Origin: Mustelus asterias
Lineage: Eukaryota
NCBI RefSeq assembly: GCF_964213995.1
Contig: NW_027590164.1
Location: 186,001 to 250,000 of the forward strand
Reading direction: 5' to 3'
Length of the DNA stretch: 64,000 nucleotides
Part shown: positions 1 through 13,519 of the stretch, piece by piece
Numbering within the stretch: position 1 is the first letter of the stretch
Layout: each line of letters starts with the position of its first letter
Notes under the pieces: generated by a model
Database searches by the model: none
Seen by the model: only the letters and a program-made list of their open reading frames with translations
Told to the model about the DNA's origin: nothing
Made by a program: the position numbers and the translations under genes

Positions 1-308
1 GGGCCGTCCATCCTGACTGTCTTCCCCTCTACCGTGGCTACGTTCGCGGCCGGGTGTCCCTGGAGAGGGAGCATGCGGTGTCCACGGGCATGGTTGATGC
101 CTTCCGCGCCCGCTGGACACCGCAGGGGTTGGGGTGCGTTATCGACCCTAATAATCACATTTTAATTTGATGTTTTTTAAGTTTCCTTTGTACTTTGATT
201 TCTGTTCTGGCTGTTCCTCGCCCCCCCCCCCCCCCGCCTTTTGGGGAGCTGCCCCTTTTACTTTGTCCTGACTTAATCTAAGTTTGTTTATTTGGTTTGA
301 CCTAAAAA
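1..308 (+). mobile_element. 3' end of a non-LTR retrotransposon, probably Tx1/L1 clade (ORF2 C-terminus 3-170, then 3'UTR)
   Basis: Frame 3 reads DCLPLYRGYVRGRVSLEREHAVSTGMVDAFRARWTPQG...*, resembling Tx1-like ORF2 C-termini. A pyrimidine-rich UTR and short A tract follow, abutting the CR1 ORF. Confidence 0.55.
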
Positions 309-2690
309 GAGGGCAAGCTATCTTGGATCTGGTCCTGTGTAATGAGACAGGTAAAATTAATGATCTCCTTGTGAGGGATCCTCTTGGAATGAGTGATCAC
401 AATATGGTTGAATTTCTAATACAGGTGGAGGGTGAGAAAGTAGCGTCCCAAACCAGTGTCCTCTGCTTGAACAAGGGGGATTACAAAAGGATGAGGGCGG
501 AGTTGGCTAATGTAGCCTGGGAACACAGACTAATTGGAGGGACAGTTGAGGAACAGTGGAGGATGTTTACGGAGATTTTTCTCAGGACTCAGCAAAAATA
601 TATTCCAGTGAAAAAGAAGGAATGTAAGAAAAGGGATAACCAGCCATGGATAACCAAGGAAATAAAGGAGAGTATCAAATTAAAAACAAATGCATACAGA
701 GAGGCCAAAATTAGTGGCGAACTAGAAAATTGGGAAAGCTTTAAAAAACAACAAAAAGCTACCAAGAAAGCAATAAAGAAAGGAAAGATAGATTATGAAA
801 GTAAACTGGCACAAAATATAAAAACTGATAGTAAAAGTTTTTACAAACATATAAAACGGAAAAGAGTGGCGAAAGTAAATGTTGGTCCCTTAGAAGATGA
901 GAAGGGGGATTTAATAATAGGAAACGAGGAAATGGCCGAGGCCTTAAACAAGGTTTTTGTGTCGGTCTTCACAGTGGAGGACACAAATAGCTTACCAATA
1001 ATTGATGGTCATGGGACTGTAGGGTGTGAGGACCTTAAAACGATCACTATTACTAAAGAGGTAGTGCTGGGTCGGCTAATGGGACTAAAGGTACACAAGT
1101 CCCCTGGTCCAGATGGAATGCATCCCAGGGTACTAAAAGAAACGGCAGAAGAAATAGCAAATGCATTAGTTGTAAGTTATCAAAATTCACTGGACTCTGG
1201 GGAGGTGCCAGCTGATTGGAAAACAGCTAATGCAACGCCACTGTTTAAAAAAGGAGGTAGACAAAAGACAGGTAACTACAGGCTGGTTAGCTTAACATCC
1301 GGAGTTGGGAAAATGCTGGAATCTATCATTAAGGAAGAAATAGCAGGACAACTGGAAAAGAATGGTTTAATCAAGCAGACGCAGCATGGATTCATGAAGG
1401 GAAAGTCATGTTTGACTACTTTACTGGAATTTGTTGAGGATATAATGAGTGCGGTTGACAGAGGGGAACCGGTGGATGTGGTGTATTTAGATTTCCAGAA
1501 GGCATTCGATAAGGTGCCTCACAAAAGGTTGCTGCGTAAGATAAAGGTACACGGAGTTGGGGGTAAAGTATTAGTGTGGATTGAGGATTGGCTATCTAAC
1601 AGAAAGCAGAGAGTCGGAATAAATTGGTGCTTTTCCGGTTGGCAATCAGTGACTAGTGGCGTGCCGCATGGATTGGTGCTGGGGCCTCAACTATTTACCA
1701 TATACATAGACGATCTGGAGGAGGGGACCGAGTGTAGGGTAACAAAGTTTGCGGATGACACAAAGATGAGTGGGAAAGCAAATTGCGTGGAGGACACAGA
1801 GAGTCTGCAGAGAGATTTGGATAGGTTAAGTGAGTGGGCAAGGATCTGGCAGATGGAGTATAACGTTGGTAAGTGTGAGGTTATCCACTTTGGAAGGAAT
1901 AATAGTAAAATTGACTTTTATTTAAACGGTGAAAAATTACAACATGGTACTGTGCAGAGGGACCTGGGGTTCTTGTGCATGAATCACAAAAACTCAGTTT
2001 ACAGGTGCAGCAGGTAATCAAGAAGGCAAATGGAATGTTGGCCTTTATCGTGAGAGGGATGAAGTATAAAAGCAGGGAGGTCGTGCTGCAGCTGTATAGG
2101 GTACTGGTGAGGCAGGACCTAGAATACTGTGTACAACTTTCGTCCCCTTATTTAAGAAATGATATATTAGCTTTGGCGGGGGTACAGAGAAGGTTCACCA
2201 GGTTGATTCCGGAGATGAGGGGGTTAGCTTATGAAGAGAGATTGAGTAGACTGGGCCTGTACTCATTGGAGTTTAGAAGGTTGAGGGGAGATCTTATAGA
2301 GACATATAAGATAATGAAGGGGCGAGACAGGGTAGAAGCAGCGAGGTTATTTCCACTTATTAAGGAAACAAGAACTAGGGGGCATAGCCTCAAAATACGG
2401 GGGAGTCAATTTAGAACAGAGTTGAGGAGGAACTTCTTCTCCCAGAGGGTAGTGAATCTTTGGAATTCTCTGCCCAATGAAGCAGTAGAGGCTACCTCGT
2501 TAAATGTGTTTAAGTCACAGATAGATAGATTTTTAACCATTAAGGGAATTAAGGGTTATGGGGAGCGGGCGGGTAAGTGGAACTGAACCCACTACCAGAT
2601 CAGCCATGATCTCATTGAATGGCGGAGCAGGCTTGAGGGGCTAGATGGCCGACTCCTACTCCTATTTCTTATGTTCTTATGTTCTTATGT
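305..2690 (+). mobile_element. CR1-clade LINE, 5'-interrupted ORF2 (endonuclease end plus reverse transcriptase), one frameshift near 1970
   Basis: ORFs 284-2017 and 1975-2586 carry ILDLVL, KSPGPDG, QHGF, YLDFQKAFDKVPH, KFADDTK and the CR1 C-terminus. 3' tail (TTCTTATG)n at about 2666-2689. Confidence 0.95.
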
Positions 2691-2691
2691 A

Positions 2692-3124
2692 GCGATGAGG
2701 TGAGATTGAGTAAACTAGGGTTGTTCTCCCTGGAAAGACGGAGGTTGAGGGGCGACCTAATAGAAGTTTATAAAATTATGAAGGGCATAGATAGGGTGAA
2801 CAGTTGGAAGCTTTTTCCCAGGTCAGAAATGACAAACACAAGGGGTCACAAGTTCAAGGTAAGGGGACAAGGTTCAATACAGATATGCAGGGGACGTTTT
2901 TTACACAGAGGGTGGTGGGGGCCTGGGATGCACTACCAAGCAAGGTGGTTGAGACAGACACGCTAGGATCATTTAAGACTTATCTAGATAGCCACATGAA
3001 CAGACGGGGAATAGAGGGATACAAACGGATGGTCTAGTTAGGAACACATGATCGGTGCAGACTTGGAGGGCCGTAGGGCCTGTTCCTATGCTGTATTTTT
3101 CTTTGTTCTTTATTTGTTCTTTGT
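2692..3124 (+). mobile_element. 5'-truncated CR1 LINE (different subfamily)
   Basis: LGLFSLERRRLRGDLIEVYKIMKG...FFTQRVV in two frames; TTTGTTC-type tail. Confidence 0.9.
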
Positions 3125-3516
3125 AAACTGCTCAGCTCTAAGGGAACCAAACTCAGCTTTCAGCTGTTCTGATAGTGCAGCTCATGCATGATTAACGTCA
3201 AGATCGATATGACCTTCTACCTCGCGTGCTTCCCGATGTCATTTTAGGAATTGATGGAACTTTTGGATGGAATCCCATTAATCATTGTCATTATGTCAGC
3301 ATAAGATTCCAGGCTGGGAGAAGACTTGCTTCTGACAATTAAATGCCAACAACATATACATAGTCGTATGTTGAATTAACAGAGACAGTCTCTGATGTAA
3401 TGTAAAGAGAAAAAATCTGTGTAATATAAAAAGAGATGGGATCAAATGTAATAGAAACAGATCCGTGGTCTACTCTCGTACTAATTGAGAGGACCTAATG
3501 CAGCATAAATAGAGGG

Positions 3517-3617
3517 ATGGCCTCATAACGAGTGTAGTATAACGAGAGAAATGACCGAATGTAGCATAAATTCATACTACATTCGGTCATTTCTCTCGTT
3601 CTGCTACACTAGGCCAT
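3517..3617. repeat. Long palindrome; perfect 24-bp arms at 3541-3564 and 3577-3600
   Basis: AACGAGAGAAATGACCGAATGTAG ... CTACATTCGGTCATTTCTCTCGTT, with imperfect outer extension. Confidence 0.9.
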
Positions 3618-5382
3618 TACAAATTCCAAATTCCAAATTTGGAAATTTCAAATTACAAACTACAAATTCATTACAAATGAATTTATTCTATAAATGTAAC
3701 CTACGTGTCTGCGTGGGTTTCCTTCGGTTACTCAATTTTCCTCCCACATTCGGAAATACGCGCTGTTTAGGTGCATTGACCCGAACAGCCGCTGGACTGT
3801 GGCGACTAGAGAAATTTCACAGTAACGTAATTGCAGTGTTAATGTAAGCCTTACTTGTGAGTAATAAATAAACTTTGTATAGTGTATTATTGGACACAGA
3901 TTTCAGACTGTGGGCACACTGAGCTGAATGTCCAATTATGACCAGTTAACAGTCTAATCTCAGTGGAATCCGCATAAGTTTTGAGTCAAACGGTAATGTG
4001 TTCAATTCCCACAACAGACACCTGAGCTCGTGATCCAACCTGTGACCCAGTGCTGAATGTTCAGTTATTCAATTATTAGTTGTGATGATATTTCAGTCTA
4101 AGGGGTGGTATAGCAATATCATTTTTAAGCTAGCATTCCAGAAGCTTGAAGTAATGCTCTGGGGACAGGAGTTCCAATTCCACCCTGGCAGCTGAGAATT
4201 TCAATTCACTTAATTGATTATGCTGAAACAAACATCATGTGTATTTAAAGTTTAAAGGTTTAAAGTGTATTTATTCGTCACAAGTAGGCTTACATTCACA
4301 ATGTAATGAAGTTACTGTGAAAATCTTATGTCGCCAAAGCTCATCTTCTTCTCGAATGTCTTTCAGGAGAGGAAATTTTACTTCTTAGTTCTAAGATATA
4401 TAAAATTACCAGAAGAAGCAACAAACCTGAGGTTTAGGACCGTTTTAGAATTCAACAAAAGAAGACCAAATGATCGGGGGGGGGGGGGGGGGGGGGGAAA
4501 TAGAGTATGAGAGTAAAATAGCAGGGAACATAGAAACTAATTGCAAAAGCTTCTATGAATATCTGAAGAGACAAAGATTAGTAAAGACAAATGTAGTACC
4601 TTACAGTCAGAATCCAGGGAAACTATAATGGGGAACAAAGAAATGTTGGGTGAATAGAACACAAAGTTTTACACCACCTTCACAAAAGAGGACACACATA
4701 TCCTCCCAGAAATGTTAGGGAACCAAGGGGCTAGTTGGAAGGCGGCATTGTTGAAAACCAATATTAGTACGAAAATCGTACTGGGGAAATTAATCGGGTT
4801 AAATGCTGATCAATCACTAGGGCCTGATAATCTACATCCCAGAGTATGAAAGGAAATGGCCCTGAAAATATTGGATACATTGGTGGTCACCTTCCAATCT
4901 TCTATAAACTCTGGAACAGTTCCTACAGATTGGAGAGTGACAAATGTAACCTCAATGTACACAAAGGAAGGGAGAGTAAAAATGATGAATTACAGCCTGA
5001 CTTTAGTATCATCGAAGATGTTAGAAACTTATAAAAGACATGATAGCAAAACATGTGGAAAGCATTAACGGAATTTGATGAACCCAGCACGGGCTTAATA
5101 AAGACGTCATTCTTAACAAACCTACTTGCGTTCTTTGAAGATGCAAATAATGGGATAGGCAAGGTGGGACCAGTGTACATGGTGTATTTGCACTTCAAGA
5201 AGACATTTGAGATGCTTCTTCATAAAATATCAGGAGGCCAAATTAAAGCGCGTGAAATGGAGTTAATGTATTGGCATAGGTATGGAATTCATTGACAGAT
5301 AAGAAACAAGAGAGTGGAAATAAATGGGTCATTTTCCGAGTGGGAGTCAGCGACTCGTGGGGTACCCCAGATCCCAACTTTT

Positions 5383-5655
5383 TTAATTTATTAATTCGTC
5401 ACAAGTCGGCTTACGTTAACACTGCAATGAAGTTACTGTGAAAATCCCCGAGTCGCCATATTCCAGCGCCTGTTCGGGTACACTGAGGGAGAATTTAGCA
5501 TGGCGTAGCTAATGCACATAGCCAGAACATCTTTCAGACTGTGGGAGGAAACCGGAGCACCCAGAAGAAATCCATATAGACACGGGGAGAATGTGCAGGC
5601 TTCGTACAGACAGTGACCCAAGCTGGGAATCGAACCCAGGTCCCTCGCACTGTAC
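5383..5655 (-). mobile_element. tRNA-derived V-SINE (HE1-like)
   Basis: Reverse complement has the B box GGGTTCGATTCCC and the central domain GGGTGCTCCGGTTTCCTCCCACAGTC. Confidence 0.85.
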
Positions 5656-6142
5656 AACTGTGGGATCTGGATGAGGGAATCAAATGTAACATTTTCAAAA
5701 GGGTTGGCGATATATAACTGGGCGTAATTGTGAGCTGTGTGGAGGATCTGGACAAGTTGAGTGAATGGGTGAACACGTGGCAGATGCAGTACAGGGTGAC
5801 TAAATGTGCAGTTATATACTGGTGTGTAAAGCAGAACGCAACATATATTTGGAAGTGTGACGTAGAAATGGATCTGCGTGTCCTTGTACACCAGTCAATA
5901 AAATTGGAGAGGCATGCACAGCAAGCAATTAGGAAGGCCTTCTCTGCACGAAGATTTGAGTTCAGAATTACGGAAGCCTTACTGCAGTTATGCCGGGCCT
6001 TCCTAGGACCATGCCCGATGTAGTGCGTGTAGTTCTGATCTCGGTAAATAAGAAAGGGTCTGTGGGCACTACAACTGATACCGGAATTGGTGGGACTGTC
6101 CTAGGAGGTTAGGTTGATTCGACTGGGCCTGTATTCACTTGA

Positions 6143-6267
6143 CTCACCTGATGAAGGAGCGGTGCTCTGAAAGCTCGTGATTCCAAATAAACCTGTTGGA
6201 CTTTAACCTGGTGTTGTGAGACGACTTACTGTGTTCACCCCATTCCAACGCTGGTATTTCCACCTCA
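6143..6267 (+). mobile_element. 125-bp Penelope-like short insertion with a minimal hammerhead ribozyme core
   Basis: 13-bp TSD TGTATTCACTTGA (6130-6142 and 6268-6280). Core TCAC-CTGATGA-AGGAGCGGTGCTCT-GAAA-GCTC-GTGA. Confidence 0.8.
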
Positions 6268-6354
6268 TGTATTCACTTGAATTTAGAAGGATGAGAGGGC
6301 ATCTGATCGAAACATATAAAATTGTGACTGAAACGTATAAAACATATAAAACGA

Positions 6355-6645
6355 GGGTGGCACAGTGGCACAGTGGCGGGCCTCATAGCGCCAGGGACTC
6401 GGATATGATTCCCAGCTTGGGCCACTGTCTGTGCAGAGTCTGCATTCTCCCCGTGTCTGCATGGGTTTCCTTCGGGTGCTGCAGTTTCCTCCAACAGTCT
6501 GAAAGACGTGTTGGTTAGGTGCATTGACCATGCTAAATTTTCGCTCAGCGCACCTGAGTAGGGGCTGGAGTGTGACAGTAGGGCATTTTCACAGTAACTT
6601 CATTGCAGTATTAATGTATGCCTACCGGTGACACAAATAATAAAT
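6355..6645 (+). mobile_element. tRNA-derived V-SINE
   Basis: GGTGGCACAGTGG head and V-SINE central domain. Confidence 0.8.
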
Positions 6646-7934
6646 ATACATTATGAATGAATAAAGTATAACAGGACTGGACAGGCTAGATGAAGGAAAG
6701 ATGTTTTCGCTGGTTAGGGAGTCTCAAACCAGGGATGCAGTTTCAAGACACAGGGTAGCCAATTTAGGATATAAATGGGGAAAGCGCTCTTCACTTCAGA
6801 GGCTAGTGAACCTGCGGAGTGATCTCGCACAGATGACTGTGGATGCCATGTCGCTGCATATATTCAAGAAAAAAATAGATTTGTGATTAAATTTTAATGC
6901 TATCGAGGGGTGTGGACAGAATGCAACAATGTGGCCTGGAGATAGAAAACTATCCATGATCATGATGAATGACGGATCAGGTTCGAATGGCCGACTTCGA
7001 CTCCTAGTTTCTATCTACCTAATGTTCAGCTAATGTTCTGAGGACCTGGGTTCAAATCCCACCACGGCAGATCGTGGAATTTGAATTCAATAAAAAATAT
7101 CTGGAACTAAGAATCTATTGATGACTGAGACCATTGTTAATTTTTGCAAAAACCCATCTGATTCGCTAATGCCCCTTGAGGGAAAGAAATCTACCGTCCT
7201 TAACTTGTCTGACCTACATGTGACTCCAGAGGCACAGCAATGTGGTTGACTCTCAACTGCCCTCCAAGTGCAACTAAGGATGGGCAAAGAATGCTCGTCA
7301 GCCAGTGACGCCCAAGTCCCACGAATGAATAAAAAAGAGTGTGTTTACCCTGTCTGTCCTACATGTGACTCCAGTTCCACAGTGATGAAGCTGTCACTTA
7401 AATGCCTCTGAGATTTCCGAAATAGCCATTCAGGTGTTTCAAAGCTGCTGCAGAAATTCAAACACAAATAAAATCGACCAGTGGGCAATTATTTTCAAAA
7501 AGGTGGCTCAGGTCAGCCTTCTCAGGATGGGCAATTAATGCTGACTTTGTCAGTGATGCCCATATCCAGAGAATGAATAAAACAGTGCAAACAGTGCGGT
7601 TCCAGAAATCTGACAGAAAAACAACAAAAACGGTTGATCAGTGGGTATCAGCAGAGAGTGAAACGGATTCTCATTTCAGGCCGATGGCAGAATGCAAAAT
7701 CTCGATGATATAATTCTGTAGAACAGGGCTGTTCTCCCCAGTATCCTGGGCCATTCATTCTTCAACTAAAATCACAAAATTGCTGTTCCTTTATCACATC
7801 TCGGTTTGTGGGAGGCTGCTGTGCCCCAGATATTTGCTGTATTCCCAAGTAGTGAATAAATTAAGCGAAAATACATCAGAGAGTTTTAAATGCTTTGGGG
7901 CGACCTGAGGTCGGGGAAACCGTTATAAAAACGT

Positions 7935-8300
7935 GGGCGACATGGTGGCACCGTGAGGCAGCACTGTGGCACAGTGGTTAGCACTGCTGCCTTACATCTC
8001 TAGAGCCGTGGTTCGATTCCCGGCTTGGGTCACTGTCTGTGTGGAGCTCGCACATTCTTCCACATGTCTGCGAGGGTTTCCTCCGGTGCTCCGGTTTCCT
8101 CCCACAGTGCAAAGATGTACGGGTTAGGTTGATAGGCCATGCTAAATTGCCCCTTAGTGCCCCAGGATATGCAGGTGAGCGAGATTAACAGGGTAAATAT
8201 GTTGGGTTGCGGGGATAGGGCCTGCATGGGATTTTTGTCGGTGCAGACTCGACGGGCTGAATGGCCACCTTCTGCACTGTCGGGCTTCTATGTTTCCATA
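7935..8300 (+). mobile_element. tRNA-derived V-SINE (HE1-like) with a CR1-derived tail
   Basis: A box TGGCACAGTGG, B box GGTTCGATTCCC, central domain, tail ...CCTTCTGCACTGT...TTCTATG. Confidence 0.9.
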
Positions 8301-10154
8301 AACTCAATGCAAGTTCTTTCTAAATATTAACATTAGAAAATGCAAGATTTGATATGTTGAGAGCTCTGAGATTAATGTGATTGTATTCATTCCGCTGCCT
8401 GATGTCTTAACTTGTCCAGTTTAAGTAGATTAAATCATCAATCAAATTGACATTCGGTGGAATACCAGCCTGTTCAACTATGTTTCATTTATTGTGACAT
8501 CAGAATACTCTGAACAAATTTTTGATTAGAATGTATCTCTTTATTTGAATTAAATAGCATCTGTTCTAATGGGTATTCACAAAGTTTCTATTCATTTTGA
8601 ACCAATTGTCAATATACTTAAATTAAACCGTTATTTTGAGTTGAAACGAATCAATAAGTGACTGTTTATCTGGTTTTGCTGCCGTGATACTTCATTCTAA
8701 CCAGTGAGGTGTTTGTGTAAGTAAACAGAGAAGTAGCAATCCTAGAATAAATTTATTGATTGAGAAAAAGACAACAAAAATTTCCCCATCAACACAGCAC
8801 AGAAATAGACAAACATGCATATAAATCAACGGATTCCAGTCGTGAATGTTCTTTGGACATTTTCCTTCATCGGCTATATGTGCAAAAAAGGCTATGATCA
8901 TCTCTGTATTCAAAAGTAGGAAAGATTCCCTCCAATCTCGAAATATAATGCCACGGCAAATATATTTGTGGAGATTTCTTGTGCTTTTTCTCTCTTTTTT
9001 TCTGCTATCTGATTCTGTGTCTTGTTTTGTCTCTCCACGACAGGTCATTGTCAACAACATCAAGTCAAACTCCAGCTAATGTATTCTCTCAGCCATATCA
9101 ATAGGCTTCTAACTAAATGGGTCTAGTTCAATTAATTGGAATGTATCGAGGGAGCTTTTCTCCAAAATGTATATTGGTCATTCCCTGGATCTAACTCGTC
9201 CTGTCCCGGCCACCCAATTGTTTCAATGGACAGAGTAGAGAGAGTTTTACTGTTTCTAAACAGCCTACATTTTCTGGGAATGTATGATTAGGACAGTGGA
9301 GATGGAGATTCACTTCGTATCTATCCCGTGCTACACCTGCCTTGGGAGTGTTTAATGTTGCAATGTGAAGCGAGCTTAACATTCGGTACCTAAACACATG
9401 CTACACCTGTCCTTGGAATGGTTGATGGGACACTCGGCCCTGTCTCTATAATGCACTCGTCTGTGATCCAGGTCTGCTGATGTTAAATTAACTAATCTCT
9501 GTGTCAGTTTATATAAAAGAACGTTCTGTCTCTGTTCATATTACACTAGATGTGCTCTCTGTTTATACTAAACTAGATGCTGTCTCTGTTTATATTACAC
9601 GTCACCATATCTCTGTTTACATAAAGCTCGACAGTGACTCTGCTTCTATTAATGTAGACCTGTCTCTGTACTAAACTGGAAGCGGTCTTCGTTCTGCACT
9701 TCACTATGTCCACTTTCATTTTATATTGGGCACGGACTCAGTTATTACTGCGCTAGACAAGGTGCAATAATGTGAAAAGTGGCTGGGGGAACTCAGTTCT
9801 CTGCATCCTCCGACAGACACAACTCTCTGGGATGGAGACTGGTCTTGGGCACTGGAAGAAGTGATATCTGAAATCCAATTCGGCTGACTGCATTGCAAGT
9901 AGATATCAAACCCTGCGCTGGATGCACTGTCGATCCAATCATTTCTGTTTCAGGATACTGCTGAATACAGATGTTTTTAGCACAGCATATTTTTGTATTG
10001 TATTATCTCTCCTCCTCATAGAACCGTAGAGTAATGCGATCTTAATTCGAACGGAGGCATAATCTAGTGCATTAATAACAGTGACCTGGTCGCATTAAAT
10101 ATAGGCAGAGTCAGGATCAAATAAACACATACATGGACTGATGCAGCATTAAGA

Positions 10155-10605
10155 CCATACCATAAGACATAGTAGCAGAATTAGGCCGCTCGGCCCATCG
10201 AGACTGCTCGGCCATTCAATCATGGCTGATATTTTTCTCATCCTCATTCTCTTGCCTTTTGCCCATAACCCCTGATCCCTTTATTAATCAAGAACCTATC
10301 TATCTCTATCTTAAAGACACTCAATGACCTGGCCTCCACAACCTTCTGTGGCAAAGAGTTCCACAGATTCACCACTCTCTGGCTGAAGAAATTCTTCCTC
10401 ATCACTGTTTTAAAGGATCACCCCTTCAGCGTGAGGTTGTGCCCTCTGGCTCTGCTTTTCCTACGAGAGGAAACATCCTCCCCATGTCCACTCTATCCAG
10501 CCCTCGCAGTATCCTGCAAGTTTCAATAAGATCCCCCCTCATCCTTCTGAATTCCAATGGGTACAGACCCAGAGTCCTCAACCGTTCCTCATACGGCAAG
10601 CTCTA
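10155..10605 (-). mobile_element. 5'-truncated CR1 LINE
   Basis: Reverse complement of the CR1 3' end (TTCTTCAGCCAGAGAGTGGTGAATCTGTGGAA). Confidence 0.85.
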
Positions 10606-10754
10606 ACTAAAATAAGATCGAGTTAATTTGATGTCATGAACTATTCAAGCAAATACTGTGACCGAAACATTTGTAATGCAAGAATGTTGTTTCAGTTTAG
10701 TATACACAGATAAATGTTGTGATGCAGTAGGAATTGAGACACAGCCAGATTAAA

Positions 10755-11080
10755 GTTTTAAAGCTTATTTATTAGTGTCACAAGAAGGCTTACATCAACA
10801 CTGCAATTAAGTTACTGTGAAAATCCCCTAGTCGCCTGTTTGGGTAGAATTTAGGGGAGAATTTAGCATGGCCAAATTGCACCTGAACAGCACGTCCTTC
10901 GGACTGTGGGAGGAAACCGGAGGACCCGGATGAAACCCACACACACACACACACACACACAGACACAAACACAGGGAGAACATGCAGACGACACACAGAC
11001 AGTCACCATAGCTGGGAATTGAAGCCGGGTCCCTGGTGCTATCAGGCAGCAGTGATAACTATTGTGCCACCGAGCCGCCC
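10755..11080 (-). mobile_element. V-SINE with an internal (CA)n expansion
   Basis: GACTGTGGGAGGAAACCGGAG central domain; CA repeat at about 10937-10960. Confidence 0.8.
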
Positions 11081-11309
11081 ATAATAACTGAAACATAGTT
11101 CAGCACAGTCATAACTCAGAAAGTATCGTCTAAGTAGGGCATTGGCTTCATGTAGGAACAACTGATAATGAGCCGAGTAGAGAAATAGCGGAGATAAGAC
11201 ATGTTGTAATGTGATCGAGGCATGGCCTATTGCAATACAAACAGATATGGGGGTTAATTGAATATAAGCAGAGATATGACATGTTCAAAGTTATTTTATG
11301 AGATTTTTG

Positions 11310-13110
11310 TGTCACTGGTAAAGTGGCATTTGTTGCCACTTCGTTTTTCCATTTGAGAATGTGGTGGTGAGCCCTCTTCTCGAGCCATTGAATTCCACAG
11401 AGTAAATACACGCACAGTGCTGACAGGAAGGGAGTTACAAGATTTTCATCCATTGTCACTGAAATATACAGTCAAGATGGCGTGTGGGTTTTATGGGCAC
11501 TTGCAGGTAATTGTGTTCTCGTGCATCTGCTGCCCTTGTCGTTTTAAGTGTCAGAGCTAATGGGTTTGGGAGGTGCTATCGAAGGATTATGTTGCTGCTA
11601 TACAAGGTGTGTATAGTTTACACTGCTGGAGTTGTACATCTGTGATGCAGAGAGTGAATGCTTAAAGTGGCCCGTGGGGCGTTCATCGAGCCACCTGCTT
11701 TTTGCTGGGTGGTATCGAGATATTTGGGTGTTGCTTCAGGGTCACACGTAAGACAAGTGGAGAATATTCAATCACACTCCTGACGTTTGCCCTGTACATG
11801 ATGGAGAGGTTTGGGAAGTCAGGAGGTGAGTTACTCAACACAAAATTCCCAGCCTCTGACCTGTTCTTGTAGCAATATTATTTACATGGCTGTCCCAATT
11901 CAGTTTTTAATCAACGGCAATTCCCAGAATGATGATAGTGTGGGTTTCAGCGGTCGTCATGCCATTTAGTGTCAAAAGGAGATGTTTGGAATCTCTCTTA
12001 CTTGAAGAAGGTCATTGCCTGCCACTTGTGTGGCGTGAATGTTATTCTCCACTCCTCAGACAAGCCTGAGTGTGTTCTAAGTCTTGCTGCAGATGAACAC
12101 GGACTGCTTCAGTATCTGAGGACTCGCAAATGTGCTGAACACTGTGCAATCATTAGTGAACATCCCACTTCTGACCTTCTAACGAAGGGTGAAGATTACG
12201 CCGAGCACACTATCCTGAGGACTTCCTGCAGCAATGCCCTGTGACTCAGATGATTGGCTTTCAACAACCACAACCATCTTACTCTATGTTCGGTATGACT
12301 GAAGCCTGTGGAATGTTTACCCCTGGATCCCCATTGACTGCAGCTTTGCTCGGGCTTCTTGATGCCACAATCGGTCAAGTGCTGCGTTGATGCCGAGGGC
12401 CGGCACTCTCACCTCACCTCATTAAATCAGCTATTTCCACTATATTTGGACTAAGTTTAAATGGTTTCTGGAACCGAGTGCTTCTAGTGGGACCCAGACA
12501 GTGCTTCATTGAGTAGATTATTATTATTGCTGATCGGATGATCCTCGATACATTCTATTATTTTTATCTAGTGAGGACGCACTCGGCAGCAATTGGCCGG
12601 GTTGGATTTGCCCTGCCTTTTGCGATAGGGATGTCTGCCAATTTTCCATACTGTTGGGTATGTGACCGTGATGTATATACTTGAATAGATTGGCTGGGGC
12701 GCAGCTAGCTCCAGAGCACAAATCGTCATTATTATTGATGAAATATTGTCAGGGCCAATAATCCTTGCAGTGTCCAACGCCTTCAGCACAGGGTTAGGCC
12801 ACAGATCAATCATGATCATATTGCATGGTGGAGCGGGCTTCTGGGCTTGAATGGCCTACTCCTGTTCCAATGTTATCCTGTGAAATTAATTGAACTGCTT
12901 GGAAACTGGCATCTGTGATGCTGGGGACCTCAGAAAGAGGCCGAGATGGAACATCCTTTCGGCACTTCTGGTGGAAGATCGTAGCCATTGTTTCGGTTGT
13001 CTTCTCCATTTGCTGAGTTCCCACATTATTAAGAATAGGGGTTTTATTTGAGGCTGCTGCTGCGGTTAATTGCTTAAATGTCCACCACCATTCAGGACTG
13101 CATGTGGCAG
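11310..13110 (-). mobile_element. Highly degenerate CR1/L2-like LINE
   Basis: Minus-strand RT remnants (KALDTARIIGPDNI..., YPTVWKI, KSNPAN). Confidence 0.65.
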
Positions 13111-13519
13111 AACTGCAAAGTTAGATCCTACCTGTAAAAAGTCGGATCGGGGTGATTGTGTGAATGACATGTACTCGTGCAATACTAGTTTAAACAGGGT
13201 GCCATACGATATAATATATTATAAACATAGACAGGGCTCATTCTAACATATATACATATGGAGGCCAATTCAAAATGAACAGACACAGGGTCCAGTGTAG
13301 TATTTATTGCGGCGGTCCATGCTTCATGTAATGTAACCCATCAAGATTTCATTTCCATCTGCTGGCAAAACTTGGTAATTACAGTTACTGTGAAAATATT
13401 GCTGTGATATGAATGGAACAAGAATTCACATCCATTAATGTAATACCGCATCCCCTTCTGCGAGGTGCCAAAAGTTAAGGTGCAACGAATTGTACACGTA
13501 CGTTGCTGAACCATGCAGG

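Larger units (their letters stand above)
4500..7015 (+). mobile_element. Old, degenerate CR1 LINE interrupted by two SINEs and a hammerhead-bearing insertion
   Basis: Fragmentary RT frames (SINSGTVPTDWRVTNVT, SFLTNLLAFFED, DLDKLSEWVNTWQM, YSLEFRRMRG) are collinear with the element at 305-2690. Confidence 0.85.

Noticed and set aside
284-2586. Host protein-coding gene or active LINE
   Set aside because: CR1 ORF2 with a frameshift and an interrupted 5' end; the ORF start is contributed by the adjacent element.
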